Assembly (NCBI RefSeq): GCF_001194135.2
Contig: NC_068983.1
Location: 73,950,546 to 74,014,545, forward strand
Source of the DNA: Octopus bimaculoides
Taxonomy: Eukaryota
Direction: 5' to 3'
Length of the DNA stretch: 64,000 bases
A model generated the notes under the pieces. That model was not told the origin of the DNA, ran no database searches, and was given only the letters and a program-made list of their open reading frames with translations. Of this stretch, positions 24,480 through 39,394 are shown piece by piece. The translations under genes and the position numbers were made by a program. Position 1 is the first letter of the stretch; every line of letters starts with the position of its first letter.

Positions 24480-25360
24480 NNNNNNNNNNNNNNNNNNNNN
24501 NNNNNNNNNNNNNNNNNNNNNNNNNNNNNNNNNNNNNNNNNNNNNNNNNNNNNNNNNNNNNNNNNNNNNNNNNNNNNNNNNNNNNNNNNNNNNNNNNNNN
24601 NNNNNNNNNNNNNNNNNNNNNNNNNNNNNNNNNNNNNNNNNNNNNNNNNNNNNNNNNNNNNNNNNNNNNNNNNNNNNNNNNNNNNNNNNNNNNNNNNNNN
24701 NNNNNNNNNNNNNNNNNNNNNNNNNNNNNNNNNNNNNNNNNNNNNNNNNNNNNNNNNNNNNNNNNNNNNNNNNNNNNNNNNNNNNNNNNNNNNNNNNNNN
24801 NNNNNNNNNNNNNNNNNNNNNNNNNNNNNNNNNNNNNNNNNNNNNNNNNNNNNNNNNNNNNNNNNNNNNNNNNNNNNNNNNNNNNNNNNNNNNNNNNNNN
24901 NNNNNNNNNNNNNNNNNNNNNNNNNNNNNNNNNNNNNNNNNNNNNNNNNNNNNNNNNNNNNNNNNNNNNNNNNNNNNNNNNNNNNNNNNNNNNNNNNNNN
25001 NNNNNNNNNNNNNNNNNNNNNNNNNNNNNNNNNNNNNNNNNNNNNNNNNNNNNNNNNNNNNNNNNNNNNNNNNNNNNNNNNNNNNNNNNNNNNNNNNNNN
25101 NNNNNNNNNNNNNNNNNNNNNNNNNNNNNNNNNNNNNNNNNNNNNNNNNNNNNNNNNNNNNNNNNNNNNNNNNNNNNNNNNNNNNNNNNNNNNNNNNNNN
25201 NNNNNNNNNNNNNNNNNNNNNNNNNNNNNNNNNNNNNNNNNNNNNNNNNNNNNNNNNNNNNNNNNNNNNNNNNNNNNNNNNNNNNNNNNNNNNNNNNNNN
25301 NNNNNNNNNNNNNNNNNNNNNNNNNNNNNNNNNNNNNNNNNNNNNNNNNNNNNNNNNNNN
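24480..25360. other. Assembly gap
   Basis: Run of N. Confidence 1.
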
Positions 25361-25415
<55 letters not shown>

Positions 25416-26939
25416 TTATATATGAAAGATATAATATATATGTGTGTGTGGGTGTATATATATATATATATGAAAGATATATATATATGTCTTAAAATAA
25501 TGTGTTAAAATATTTATATATGATAAAATAATACATGTATTATGATATACACAAGCACATATACAGACTTTTTATACATGTGAAATGTGTATGCATATAT
25601 CCACAGATTGTATATATCTCCAAATGAAATATATGTTTGCCTCTGTGTGTATGTGTGTGTGTGCGTATTATATATCAGATATATTAGATAAAGCATTAAC
25701 ACTTATGGTATACATATCAGTAGCTCCAGTTTTCTGTAGCTATTGGAACTGATGAGTATATAAAGAGATTGGCTGCTTATTTCTCTGGGATTGGTCAAAT
25801 CAATGTAAACACCTCTTATGAGAACCCAATAAGGTGAAAAAATTGATTAATGTTGTTCCTCATTTTCTCAGTCTACAGAGAAGTAGCTAAATTAATCCTG
25901 TTTATATATATACTCCATAGGTTATACATAGATACATAAAATGTACATCTATGTGTATGCTTCGAGGAGAAGTATCCTAGATATTATACCTGATTACTTG
26001 TGACTTGTTGATGTAGTTAATTAAAGATGTGATGTTCTCCCTTTCATTTCCCAGTAAGACCAAGATGGCAAATGAAAGCCATCAATTTCTGGGAAATATA
26101 ACTTCTATAGTTTAGCTTCTTATCCAAAAATCTTAATATTTGCTTCATATCTACTTAATTCTGTGGGAACCAGAGATAAGTATCAGCTTACTGAACCATG
26201 TTTTTGTCTTTTTTTACATAAAATGGTTAAATGTATAATGTTTTTAACTTTTAGAAATATATTTTGTGTATATGTGTTATGTATGTGTGTAGATATATAT
26301 AGTGTATATATCATCATCACCAAATTCCATATGGGAAAGAGGGGTGCATTGAATATATTGGAAATTAATAATCAAGTTAATTTGTCTTTCACATCTATAA
26401 AAGTTAGCTCATATTATTGGTAGTTTCAAATAATCTTCAATGCTGCCCCAACCTGGTTTAGGTCATTTTCACCAGACTTATCTCAACTTGAATGTTTGGG
26501 TTATTTGATTTATGAACTGCACTGGGTACAAGGGAACTAGCCTTTTCTGCATATATTATGAACTGCATATGAAAGAATATATGTAAAGACAATATTAACT
26601 ATGAAGTTACTGATAAACAAAGTCAAAAGGATTTCAGTCTCCTGATAGCTGATGTGTTACATTTCAAGATATTTTTAAAAGGCTGATCCTAGGGTGTAGT
26701 ATTGATTTAAGTTGAGTGTATGATTTGATGATAGTATTGCATCAAGAAGTGGGTTGAGGAAAAGTAAAAGGTAAGAAATAAAGAAATGTGAAGGAAAGAG
26801 AGATGATGGCAAGAATTAAAGGACTGAAGAGAAAGCATAACTAAGTGATGATATATAATTAATAAGCCAATGAAGGAACAATAAATTTTATTTTATAAAG
26901 TTCTGCTTTTTATGTGTATTTATGGATCTAGATGATCCA

Positions 26940-27330
26940 TAAAAACACTGACTCATTCATGGTAGTCATGACCAGTATCATAAAATGAACTTAGCATGTT
27001 TGCAACCCTTGAGTGTATTTGACAACAGTCAAATATATTCCACATAGCAGTGAGGTCTTCAGGATTGTTCTTTTCTTGGCTGTTCTGAGAAAATATTTTT
27101 TCTGCCTTTTACATATTGTTTACATTTTTCAAAAGTCCTTCAGGTGATCTTGTTGGTTATAGTCTTTTTTCAATTACTGTAATATAGTTTGTTAGTTTTG
27201 TTACATCTCTTTTCTTAATGCTTCTGAAGGATGAAGTATGGTTGTGAAACTTACTTTTGAACAGCCCTTCTATCATACCACTATATCACTCTGAGGCAGT
27301 GATATGGAGTTTTTTTCTTTCGTGCTCTTC
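26940..27330 (-). mobile_element. Penelope-like GIY-YIG endonuclease remnant
   Basis: Minus-strand YSGMIEGLFKSKFHNHTSSFRSIKKRDVTKLTNYI matches the YxGxTExxFKxRxxNHxxSF...TxLSxYIW pattern; contains stops. Confidence 0.65.
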
Positions 27331-27509
27331 ATTTTGGGACTTGAAGTCCCATTATCAAATTCTATTGATAAAAACTCTATAGTCAATTGCTAAATTATAG
27401 CATACCTTAACTTCTGCTTTTTAAAAAAACACATCAGCTATCAGGAGACTGATTTGCTTTTGACTCCATTCTCTAGAAAATCTCCTCTGTTAGTAAGACA
27501 AAAGTTTAT

Positions 27510-27690
27510 ATAGGTGCAGACATGACTGTGTGGTAAGAAGTTTGCTTCCCAACCATATGGCTTGAGTTCAGTCTTGCTGCATGGTTTCATAGGCATGAAT
27601 CTTCTACTCTGCCCCAAGTCAACCAAAGCCTTATGAGTGAATTTGGTAGCTAGAAACTGAAAGAAATCTGTTGCATATATATATGTGTGA

Positions 27691-27768
<78 letters not shown>

Positions 27769-27945
27769 GTGTATGTGTGTTGTTGCTGGTAAGTTTATGT
27801 TGTCAACTGTTGCTGGTTAGTTTGGTGCAATGAGCAGCTAGTAAAAGCAACAGACCTCAAAGAAATGAGTATGGGAGTCAATTTGATCAACTAAAACCCT
27901 TCAAGGCAGTACCCCAGCATGGTTGTAAACCAATGACTGAAGCAA
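27510..27945 (+). mobile_element. SINE family A (diverged; expanded internal TA)
   Basis: Head ATAGGTGCAGACATGACTGTGTGGTAAGAAG; tail CCAATGACTGAAGCAA. Confidence 0.75.
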
Positions 27946-30900
27946 ATATACGATATATATTACCATGATGCTAATAATGCAAATGAAAGTAGAAACTATG
28001 TACTTTGTACACATCCCAAGACATACTGGTCTAACCAAACCTGAAGAAAAATTTCCTAAACCATTTTGGGCAATGTTTAGTTTTATTTGAAACTACAAGT
28101 AACATAAACTAACATAAAATGCATACACACACACACACACACGCACACACACATATCATACATTACAAATTCACACATATTTTATATGTACACATACATT
28201 ACACGTATGTACTTTACACAAACACTCAATCACCTGTGTATGTTAGATTGGTCAGAATTAAACTGTTTGGTCTGCAGAGTTTGTGCAGACACATGCATAA
28301 GACAGGAGAAGCATGGACATATATATATGTGCATTTGTGTCTTTAAATCCAATGCCTCATAAAGCAAGGATAAAGTTCAATTTTTTTCATTCCCTGTAAA
28401 AGGACAGCATACCAATTTAAGTAATTGCATATATATATATATATATATAGTATAGTATAGAGCACAGTCAATACGTGTTTTAATCATTTCAAAATCACTA
28501 AAAAGCACTCACAATGGTTGAGTTCATTATTAGACTTTACTGACGTGTGTCAGAAGTTTGTGTGTGTGTGTGTGTGTGTACAAAAATGCATACAGATCTA
28601 TCTGCATGTTTGTGTATATGTACATATATACATTTATATACTCATACACACATTTAAATGGCTTTAAATACTTAGTTATTTGTGATACTAATTGATTCGA
28701 AAATATTTCATGTCTTCCTTTAGGTTTTAATTCTGAACAGTATTGCTTTGACTGATAGAGAAATTATACATTTATTTTCATAATTTTATAAAATTATCAT
28801 TTTTATTTTACCTTCTGTTCTAGTTTTATATTGATGCATATTTTGTTGCTGTAATATTTGTTTGCTACCTCAATATACATTTGAAAGTTATATTTCTTCA
28901 TGTTTTATTAGCATTTGCATATGTGTATGATAATGAGCATGAGAGAGAGAGAGAGAGAGAGAGAAAGTGAGAGTATGTGTAATCATGTGTGTGTATATGT
29001 GTTAGTGTGCAGAGAAACCAATACCTATTTCAAAGGAAATGGTAACATGATTTATAACATAATGGGGTTAGTTTGTTTAACTGTTTTGCTCCTTCCCCTA
29101 CCTGTTCAAAAACATTTGTGGTGTTTATATGGACAATCTTTCTTTATATTTTAATTTTATAATTATGTACATTTGTACATGTATCTAACCCATCATTCAA
29201 TTTAACACCATCACATGGCTCTTGAATGTCATTAGCAGAATTGAAGTATTCCATCAGGTCCTCAGTTTTGAGGATGCTTTGGATGCACTGCTTTCTTCTT
29301 TAGCTATCAAGGAATTGCAGCTGTTTCTTCCCTTTCTTTCTACTTGTCGCTAGTGCCTGGCAAAGGACATGGATGTGTCCCCTTAATCCTCTCACCACTA
29401 TAAAAAGGAAATATGTGATTGTCTAGGTAAACTGTGTCTATAGATTACATATCTTGCTCAATATGTGCCACTAAACAACATGAACATCTTAAATTCTTTT
29501 AACCCTTTCATCTCTGCACAAGGAGTGAGTTATTCATGTAAGTATGTGATTGGCTATTAAAAACATAAATTCCATTCCACTTTCAACTTCTTCAGTCATT
29601 TTTGTAATGAGATTTCCGTTTGAATAAAAACTTGCAGCTATTTTTGAATTGAAATCTTTTTGGTGGCCAAGATTATAAAGCACCATTTTGGTTGCTTCAT
29701 TGTAACTAGTTAGATGTCTTTCTGCATTCAAATTCCATATTTAAAGTCAACTTTCATTACACCTACATTGATAAAATAAATACCAGTAATACTGAGTTGA
29801 CTCTAAATACAAAATCTACAAGAAAAAAACAGAAACCAAAATAGACCAAATATCTGTCTTGTGTCTTGTGAAAAAGTGAATAGTTTGGTTTTTTTACCAT
29901 TCCAATTATCGTTTTTATTCTTTTTTTCCTATTTTTCCTTAAAACTTTTCAATTTTACATGTTCTACTGAATGTCTGAAATATGGCTCTTATTTTGCTTT
30001 ATTGACGACATTTAAACACTGATCTACTTGAAGTATGTGGTATGGATAAGTCTATCAACATTTTATTAAATTCTTTAAGTCTATATCTTTACTTAACACG
30101 TCAAAGAAAAAAAAAACAAATCTAGTTTATCATAAAATTGACTGGATTTTGGAAAAATATTGCACAGTTCATTTTTGACTACTAAAGACTTCTTTTTTTA
30201 AATTTCAATATATTTACATTTTCTTCAAAATTCATAGCAATGCTTCATATCGTAGAAATAACTTCATAATTATTTTTAACAAAAATCTTTTAGGGTTCCA
30301 TGTCAATACTTATTGCCAATTTTTTGGTTCAAGTAATAAAACCATCAAAAGTACCAAAGTAAGCACGTATGTTTGTGTGTGTGTGTGTGTGTGCGTGTGT
30401 GCATGTGTTCTGGATTATGAATTGGGTTGAGGCTAAAAGTTTAAGGTGCTGAGTTTGTAACTGTACAACTTTGAGTTCTTATCTTGTTTCATCTATTGCA
30501 ATGTGCCACTTCAGTAAGGCATGTTGCTACTTCTATTAACTACAGCTAATGTTATATAAATATTAAAATTGGCATATCTGTATGTGGAGGGATTTAAAAA
30601 TTGAAATTCTTTAAACATTCTTTTTAGACTTACATATGGTTGTATAAAATGTTGATTTTTCTACTCATTATGATTATTTTTTTAGCAGTGTTATTTTAAC
30701 CATTTGTTGCCTACCTCTGTAGCATTTCTACATCCCAGTGATTAACTTCAACCTTTCATGCCAATTAATTCTGCAAGTATGATAAACATTGGATTAAAAT
30801 AAATCTCTACATTATAGTAAAATTGGCTGGTTGGGTGGTTGGTTTATTTCTCCAGTCATCAGTCACACTTTACATCATATAGAGAGAGTTAACATAAGAG

Positions 30901-31380
30901 GTGGAGGATGAGTGCACATACTAGACTTGGTGGGAGACAATGAGTAAAAGAATGCTCTACACAAGCACGAAGTAAGAGAAAATGAAATTATATAGACGGA
31001 GAATGAGGAGTGGTAAACAACTAAGTAGTTATGAGAAGAACTATACAAATGAGAAATTTATTTTATTCTAAGGTAATAAATATTTTTCTTCAGAAAATTA
31101 TTATTCATTTCACCATTTTGTATAACCATCAAGAAATTTGATCAAAGTTAAATTATAATTATTGTATGTCTGTCATATTTCCTGATATTATCCATTTTGG
31201 CAAAAGTATTCTTCTAAATTTACCTCATCATATGACGTGAAACACTGTAGTTGAATTATAACTTGTAAAAAATGAAAAAAAAAAGAGTAAATATTTAGAT
31301 TTATAGATAAATAATATTCAAACATATCTTTACTATGGTTCACTTTGCCTTTCTTTTTCCTGAAAATAAATATCTGGGTC

Positions 31381-31549
31381 CAGTGCCACTTTAAGGCATG
31401 GGCACACTGGGCAATTGCCCAGGGACTCCATGGGTTTAGGGGACCAATGCTACTATGTGTATACTGTTGTATATATGTAGATTAAGTATCTAGAAACCCC
31501 AGTGTATTACTTTGTTTGAGGACCTATAATACTGTTGAGATAATCCTGC
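31381..31549. mobile_element. Possible hAT-type MITE
   Basis: CAGTGCC... start, ...CCTG end, GC-rich subterminal GGGCAATTGCCCAGGG; TIRs degenerate. Confidence 0.35.
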
Positions 31550-32981
31550 CGTGATCAGATGTTAATTTCAGTCGAGTTTTCTTTATTCATTTCCATTATC
31601 ACCAAAAGTAACATTTAAAAAAAATACAAAAGAAATCTAAGAGTGTACATGGCCAAGACAGTAAAATGCTGAACCAAATGCCTATTCTTATTATTTTGGT
31701 TTGGTTAAGTTCCCTGTTTTAACTGTGCAATTCTATCTAGAGTCTAATTTTGAGAGGGTTCAGTCAGATGTTTTTCAGAATAATCTGACCTCATAACTTT
31801 CAGAAATTGATTTTACTATTCAATCTGGTATCTAAATGTAAAATAACACTGATATACCATCTTTTTTCTGGGGTATTTGACCTCTTAATTTCCCAAATTG
31901 CTTTTGTAATTCTACCTGATGTCTATTGAAGACTAATTCTGAAAGACATTTTCTCTAGAGAATTTTACTTTTTTCCAACTTAACCCTTATTTTTATTGTG
32001 CAATTATACATGGAGTTTAATTGCAGAATACCTCTGAAAGACATTTTTCTGAAGTCTGACTTCATGGCTTCCAAAATTTGATCATGCAGATTTTATATTG
32101 AAGAAATGATTCTGGAGATTCTGATCCTTGATTCCCCACCAAAAAAACCAGTTTTATCCCAAGTCTTTTTAAGAAATGGTTCTGGAGTAGATCCTGGCTG
32201 TGTGACCCCATCTACAAAAGAAAAAATATATAATTGTGTTATTTCATCTGGGACCTAATTGAGATCACTTTGAAGACATATTCTGGAGAGTCTGGGATTA
32301 GACCTCACATTGTTAAAACGAAGAACAATGCACTCAACAAAGATTTTATGTTTATGTTTTTTAAGCTGCAAATATCTTTTGTGTTTTATATGAAAGTTAA
32401 AAAAAGACAAAAAAAATCTTATTTAGTTTCACCCTTTTGATACCAACCCACATGAGCTTGCTCTTGGTTCTCTTCCATCAACATTTTATGTTCATTTGTT
32501 CCAACCAATTTAATAATGACAGTTATTTTATCAAATATTTTACTACTTTAAAAATTGATGGAAACAAAGGTAGTATATTTCAATAGAATTATGGTAAAAA
32601 AAAAAAGGTTCTACAAACTTTCTGTGTATGCATTTATGTGTTGTTGTTTAATATCAATTAATTGTTCAAGTTCTATGACCATCTCATTTTTTTTTTTTTT
32701 TTCAGGAATAGCATAGCCTGGACTACATTATCCAACTTGTTATTTCCTTATTTCAGATTGTAGAGTGTGATCTGAGGGAGATTTGGCTGCTACTTCTATA
32801 AAAGCAAACAACTAGGTAGAGGATTCCTCAATGGCTCTGTTTATATGCATTTGTTTGTATGTCTATGTGAACATATACACATTTATTTCAAACTAATAAT
32901 GTGTGTGTACACATATGTGAGTGTGTGTGAGTGTGCATATGTGTATGTGTGTGTGAGATAGATAGATAGATAGATAGAGAG

Positions 32982-33024
<43 letters not shown>

Positions 33025-33674
33025 ACTCTAGTACTGGTGGTAATCTCCCGGTGAACAAAGTCTGCTGCAATCTATGTTTAACTGCTGCTCATTTATTTTT
33101 TATTTTGCATACTGTAATACATATTTGTGTGTGTGAATATGATTGTAACATGGGCATTGAATGTGTGGAAAGTTTGTGAGGACTGGAGAGAAGTGCTTTG
33201 GCTATGAATGATAATGAATTATAAAGGTGGAGTGAGAGTAAACTGAAAGGATTGAGAGAGAGAGAAAGAGAGTGCAGATGAGAATTAAGGGCACTGATGG
33301 ATGTGTGTGTTCATGACAGATGATTACTTTAGTGATGTGGAAATGTAATTTAAAAGTACAAAGTTTGTATGAGTGATGAAAGTGCTGTGTCCTGGCCAAA
33401 AAAAAAAGTAAAAGATAAAAAAAAATAACAACATGGGTAGGAATGATAATGAGTTCAGATCTTGAGCTGTTGGTTCTCACAGACAAAAATGAGAAGACAG
33501 AATCAATACAAGTGGGTTGTTCGATTTGCTTTAATGCAGACCTATCCAACCCACACTAGCATAGAGAATGTGGACACAGTAATGATGATGATGACAATGA
33601 TAGTGATAATGGTGAGGACATTGAGAGGTGATGGCAGCAGTGGCAGTGATGATGATGATGGTTACTCTGTGGGT

Positions 33675-33718
<44 letters not shown>

Positions 33719-34521
33719 TGTTAGGCTGGTATTTCCTATCTACTATGATCACATCGAACATTTCATGCTTGAGTGAAGTCCTTTTCTTATGTATTTTGTT
33801 TGTTTTATTTTTTTCAAACAAACAAACAAAGACGAAAATGGTGTTGAGAAGCTTTAAATGTAAATATCTCAAGGTTGTTACTTCTGAGTTGATGGACATT
33901 CTGACTTTTGAGATCTCTCAATTGGGTAAAAAAAAAATGAAAAAAAATCACTGACACTAAACATGGTTTCTCAGGCTCTTATACACATACACGTGTGTAC
34001 TTGCACATGCATATATCTGCAGAAACACATATACATGTTTATGCATGTATTTGTGTATGAGAATACATATTCAAACAGATGCATCCATATAAAACTAAAG
34101 GGAATTATACATTCATTGACCAAAGTGATACATTTATGCTCTATTCACCTTTCATTACAGTCTATATATGATAACAAAAAGCCATTATGTTATGGACCGT
34201 CTTCTGGTCCCACATTGTTTCCATGAAGTTCTTCAATCTGTGAACCGTTTCCAATCTCCCATTGGTTGTTTCGTTAATGTTGTTTAATGCCTTTCAGAAA
34301 GGCGTGACTGTCATTTCTCATAAACCCACTTCCTCTCAATAAATCTGAGGCATTTTGCCTTTCTATGGAATCATATAAATTACTGTAAAAAAAAAACGTA
34401 TATACAAATTGTTGTTATTTTTTCTTGATTTGTTTTGTCATCTTTCTATGACTGCTTTGATTTTCATAATGTTAAACTATAATTTAATTTGAAATAGACA
34501 TACATACATACATGTATACAT

Positions 34522-34552
<31 letters not shown>

Positions 34553-34593
34553 TACATGCATGCATACATACATACATACATACATACATACAT

Positions 34594-34972
34594 GTTGGCA
34601 CTCCGTCGCTTACAACGTCGAGGGTTCCAGTAGATCCGATCAACGGAACAGCCTGCTCGTGAAATTAACATGCAAGTGGCTGAGCACTCCACAGACATGT
34701 GTACCCTTAACGTAGTTCTTGGGGATATTCAGCGTGACACAGTGTGACAAGGCTGACCCTTTGAATTACAGGCACAACAGAAACAGGAAGTAAGAGTGAA
34801 AGAAATTTGTGGTGGAAGAGTACAGCAGGGTTCGCCACCATCCCCTGCTGGAGCCTCGTGGAGCTTTAGGTGTTTTCGCTCAATAAACACTCACAACACC
34901 CTGTCTGAGAATCGAAACCGCAATCCTATGACCGCGAGTTCGCTGCCCTAACCACTGGGCCATTGCGCCTCC
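34594..34972 (-). mobile_element. SINE family B, young copy inserted in a (CATA)n tract
   Basis: Near-identical to 2863-3242; CpG-rich. Confidence 0.88.
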
Positions 34973-35524
34973 ACACATACATACATACATACACACATAT
35001 ACAGGGTTATGCAATATTTTAATAAGGAAAAGCAATAGGAAACTCCAGCTAAGTCACAAGTATTTACTCTCACTCAACTTTTATTTCCTGTTTTACAAGT
35101 GTTCAGTGTAGCTACCACATGCATCATGGGCAACATCAGTGTGATAAGAGAATTCTTCCCAGACATGTATCAGCATGTCATGATCCATCGAGTTGATTGC
35201 TGTTGTTATTCGATGTTTAAGGTCATCGAGGTTAGTGAGTAGTGGTGGAACATAAACACGATCTTTTACTTATCCCTACAAGAAAATAAATCACACACAT
35301 TGAGGTCTGGGGATCTTGCAGGCCAAGCAGATATGTGTCTGGGAGGAATTCTCTTATCACATTGATGTTGCCCATGCTGCAGGTGGTGGCTGCATTGAAC
35401 ACTTGTAAGACAGGAAATAAAAGTTGATTGTGTGTAAATACTTGTGACTTAGCTGGAGTTTTCTATTGCTTTTTCTTATTAAAATATTGAGTAATGAAAT
35501 CGGTTCATTCTTTTTGAATAACTT

Positions 35525-35594
<70 letters not shown>

Positions 35595-35598
<4 letters not shown>

Positions 35599-36866
35599 GG
35601 GGTACCCAAAAGAAACTGGAATTTTGCAATATTTTATTCACTTAGTTTTACATGTTTAAACTTTTATTACCTTCAAAGTATTCTCCATTTGAAGCAATGC
35701 ATCAGTACAGATGCATTTTCCACTGTTTGAAGCAGTCCTGGAATTCTTGCAAATGCCTCCATGGTTTTTTTTCTTCACTTCTTCCACATCTGCAAACGTT
35801 TTCCTTTAAGGACTTTTTTGCATTTGGAGGGACAAAAAATGTTGCAGGGAGCAAGATGGGTGAATAGAGAGGTTGGTAAGTGAGGTCATGCCATTTTTAG
35901 TCAACAACTGTCTCATACTCAAGGTGGTGTGCACAGGTGCATTGTTGTAATGAAACCACCACTCTCCACTTTGTCACAGGTCGGGGTGTTTTTGTCTTAT
36001 CGCGTCTTGCAAATGCTTCAGAACTGCCAAGTAAAATGTCTAGTTAACAATTTGACCAGGAGGAACAAATACTGCGTGGACAATTCCTTTTGCATCAATG
36101 AAACAAATCATCATCATCTTGACATTGGACTTCACTTGACACTCTTTTTGAGGGTGTGGTGACATTGAATGCTTCCATTGACTTGATTGCTGCTTCATTT
36201 CTGGGTTGTAGCCATAGCACCACCTTTCGTCACCAGTGATGACCTTTGAATAAAGGCTTGGATCAGTTTTCAACTGTTCTTTCAGTTCACAACATGCATT
36301 CAGTCGTGACTGCTTTTGATCTTCCGTGAGTAAGCGTGGCACAAATTTTGCTGCAACTCTTTTCATTCACAGTTCCCCACTCAAAATTCATTGGCAGGAG
36401 CTCCAGGACGCATCAGTCATATCAACAAGTTTGTCAATTATTCAGCAGTGGTTCTCCAAGGTCAGTTCATGAATTTTCATGAAGTTTTCATTCATTTGGG
36501 AGGTTGATGTTGGCCCTGAATGCGGTTGGTCTTCAAGCAACAAGTGACCATTCCTAAAACATGGGCACCATCCTTGTAAGCTGTTTGAAGCATGAGAACT
36601 GTTTCGGCCACTGTTTTCCCCAGCAGAAAACAGAATTTCATAGAAGCATGCTGTTCCTTTCTTTCAGTCATTGCAAAAATTAACAAACAGGGAAGAAGCA
36701 TTGCAAAACAAAGATGCATCATGTGACAGTAAGACTTCACACACCACTGCTGGTTGGCAGACAGATGTCTGAGGGTCACATCAAGTGGCTTCTAGTGGTG
36801 GAAGCCTGAACTACAACAGACTTGTCCCACAGAGGGTGTTTTCAGTTACTTTTGGTTACCCTCTCA
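35595..36866 (-). mobile_element. Full-length (1272 bp) decayed mariner
   Basis: TA-flanked TIRs (TGAAGGGGTACCCAAAAG / CTTTTGGTTACCCTCTCA); transposase pieces AKFVPRLLT, VITGDERWCYGYNPE, KSNVKMM and N-terminal QHASMKFCFLLGKT; stops and frameshifts. Confidence 0.93.
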
Positions 36867-37064
36867 TATATAAACATATACATATATATATATATATGCA
36901 CAGGTATAACTAAAGTTATAGGGGCAGGCATGCCTGTGTGGTGATGCACTTTGCTTCTCAACCAGATGGTTTCAGGTTCAGTCCTTGTATTTTAAAAGGT
37001 ACAGCCTTGTTATACAATGTGTCATGCTGATTTTTCTTGAGAATTAGATTTATGGTACACGTCT

Positions 37065-37345
37065 GGGTGGAGGTGCATGGCTTAGTGGTTGGGGATGTTG
37101 GACTCATGATTGTAAGATTGTAGTTTCAATTCCTGTACCAAATAATGCGTTGTATTCTTGAGCAAAATGCTTCATTTCATGTTGTTCTAGTCCACTCAGC
37201 TGGCAAAAATGAATAATCCCACAATGGACCAGTGTCTCATCCAGGTAGGGAATCTATACACCATGCAAACCAGGAAACTGACCCTTATGAATTGGCACAA
37301 CTCGAAAAAGTAACTTTACCTTTTTTTACACATGCCTGTAGAATG
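37065..37345 (+). mobile_element. SINE with family B head and the alternative tail
   Basis: GGAGGTGCATGGCTTAGTGGTT head; tail GTCTCATCCAGGTAGGGAATCTATACACC shared with 18740-18850. Confidence 0.7.
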
Positions 37346-39147
37346 CTCAGCCGCTTTTACATTAATTCAGGAGTAGGTAATTCATTTGATTTGACAAGTG
37401 AATCCCCATTGTCAAATGACAGGGACCTATCGTTCTCTGATATAACATTTCAATCTCAATAACCAGAGATCACTGTGCATCTCATGAGATTATGGATCTG
37501 CAACTGAAAAGCTTCTCTCCAGAGCACATGTTTGCAGTATTCTTTTTGTTTTTATGATGTCAAATTGGCTGAGTTGTTCAAGCATCAGATAGAATACCTT
37601 GTGGTATTTATTCCTGCTCTTCTGTACTGTGGATTCAAATCTAATTAAAGTTAACTTTAATGTTCATCCTTTCATCTGTTCATCCATTTTAGTGGGGTCA
37701 ATAAGTAAAGTACCAGTTCAGCACTGTAGATTGATGAAATTGTCAGGGTTGGATGAGATGCCTTGCTGTATCTATTCCATTTCTTTGCATTCTAACAGTC
37801 ATGTATGCTCTGACATTGATGCCAAGCTGTAGTGGAATCGCCTTTCTCTTAGATGACATTGATGACATCAAGAAAGTAGATTTACTGGTCTCCTATGTAA
37901 AATAACATTGATAAATATCTCATTTATGTAGTGTAGTTGTTCTGGCTTTTAACCTCATCATTTGATATGTAAAAAATGTTCTAATATTCATATCCACGCT
38001 ATGTGTTGACTATTTTGGCTTGTGATCATTGTTAGGTGATTTATTCCAGAATGTATGGAGGTGTACATTCAACCAAACTGGATTTGAACTAAGAATCTTT
38101 ATTTCTAAACGTTGGGTAATAGTGTATCAGTAAGTCATTGCTCTTAGTTTGGAGATGTACCTGGTTTGAATCAAATTTGAAACTTTGTACACTTCTAGAG
38201 ATGAGACAACAGCAACAGTGATAATAGTGTTGATGACAACAATGGTGATGGCAGCAATGATGGCGATGAGGATGATGATGATGGCAGTGATGATGGTGAT
38301 ATAAAATTTAGTGTCAACATAAATATTGGGAAAAGAATTCTCATCTCTAAAGTTGAAATCATTATTAGTCTGAAAAGTTATCATCTTATCAACAATTCAA
38401 ATTTAGATCAGCAATTCTTAACCTGAGGGAAATTTTATGTCTGAGGATAGATTTTAGGATATCAATAAAAACTTTGAAAACTTCAATGGAGAAGTTGTTT
38501 TCATATTGAAAAATTCTGCATTATTTGCATTTATTTTCATTTGATTTATTTTCCTTAATGCTAATCTTTTAATGATGCCAATATTAAATTAAAATAAAGC
38601 TGTTAATGTTATGCAATAAATTGTGGTGTATACAAGGCATTTTCCTGATGATATGTGAGTAAAGAATCGGGATGATAAACTGGAAAAAGGAAGAAATACT
38701 GAAAAATGTTAAAAAAACACTGATTTATATAGACTAAAAAAATTACTAAGAACCTTAAAAAGGTATTTTATGTAAAGAAATAAACTTTTTTTCAGTGAGA
38801 AATAATATTTCATTGGACTACTTATAACAGCATGGAAAGTAGAAGATAAACAATGATGATAAGTACTTGTTTGTCTGCTGTTTTTTAAAAATTTTATTCT
38901 TTTCTTTTGCATGACATTTGTCGAACTCTTTACCACTGAAGGCAGTTTTCCAGCATGGTCGTGGCTGTTATTACTAAACAAACTAAAATACTAACGATTC
39001 AAAAGTATGAAATGGTTCTTGGTAAAGATTTTTAACAAGCTGTACAGCTTGTATGATTTTATAAACTTGTTTGTATTTTGTAAAATACCCAATATTTTAT
39101 GTTCATTGCTGTGTTAATTTGTTATTTTGAATATAACCTAACAAAAG

Positions 39148-39245
39148 TTTCTTACATGGAATTACAATGGATGGTCTTTTATTGAAATATGAAAATTTCA
39201 AGACCAGTGGTTGTCTATCTGAAACCAAGAAGTGGTATTGGACAG
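39148..39245 (+). CDS. Candidate exon (FLHGITMDGLLLKYENFKTSGCLSETKKWYWT or an alternative frame)
   Basis: Strong donor CAG|GTATGT and a long open frame; acceptor (cctaac...aaaag or tttcaag) uncertain. Confidence 0.3.
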
Positions 39246-39394
39246 GTATGTATAAAACAGATTAAACTTTGCTAATCATCTTCAATAGTTTATAACCTCT
39301 TTTAGAGCAGCCTCTTAATCAAGGAGTCTTGTCTTTCAAGTTACTGGGCAATTTCAGTAGCACCAATGACATGAAAATGTACCCAGCACATCCT

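Noticed and set aside
27270-27370. Apparent minus-strand exon FDNGTSSPKMKSTKEKNSISLPQSDIV with good splice sites
   Set aside because: It overlaps the Penelope GIY-YIG remnant in another frame. It shows how easily false exons arise here.
29200-29400. Possible old RTE C-terminal fragment (minus strand)
   Set aside because: Similarity (GKKQLQFLDS) is too short and degenerate to list as a feature.
30723-30776. 54-nt AG/GT-bounded open frame HFYIPVINFNLSCQLILQ
   Set aside because: Isolated, with no linking exon or homology; within chance expectation.
33531-33954. His/Asp/Met/Val-rich ORFs (also 16188-16418, 38127-38384, 39410-39641, 50892-51161)
   Set aside because: They are translations of GAT/GGT/CA microsatellite tracts.
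34200-34350. CpG-containing segment with short open frames on both strands
   Set aside because: Neither strand gives a good acceptor/donor pair, and I cannot tell an exon from a TE fragment.
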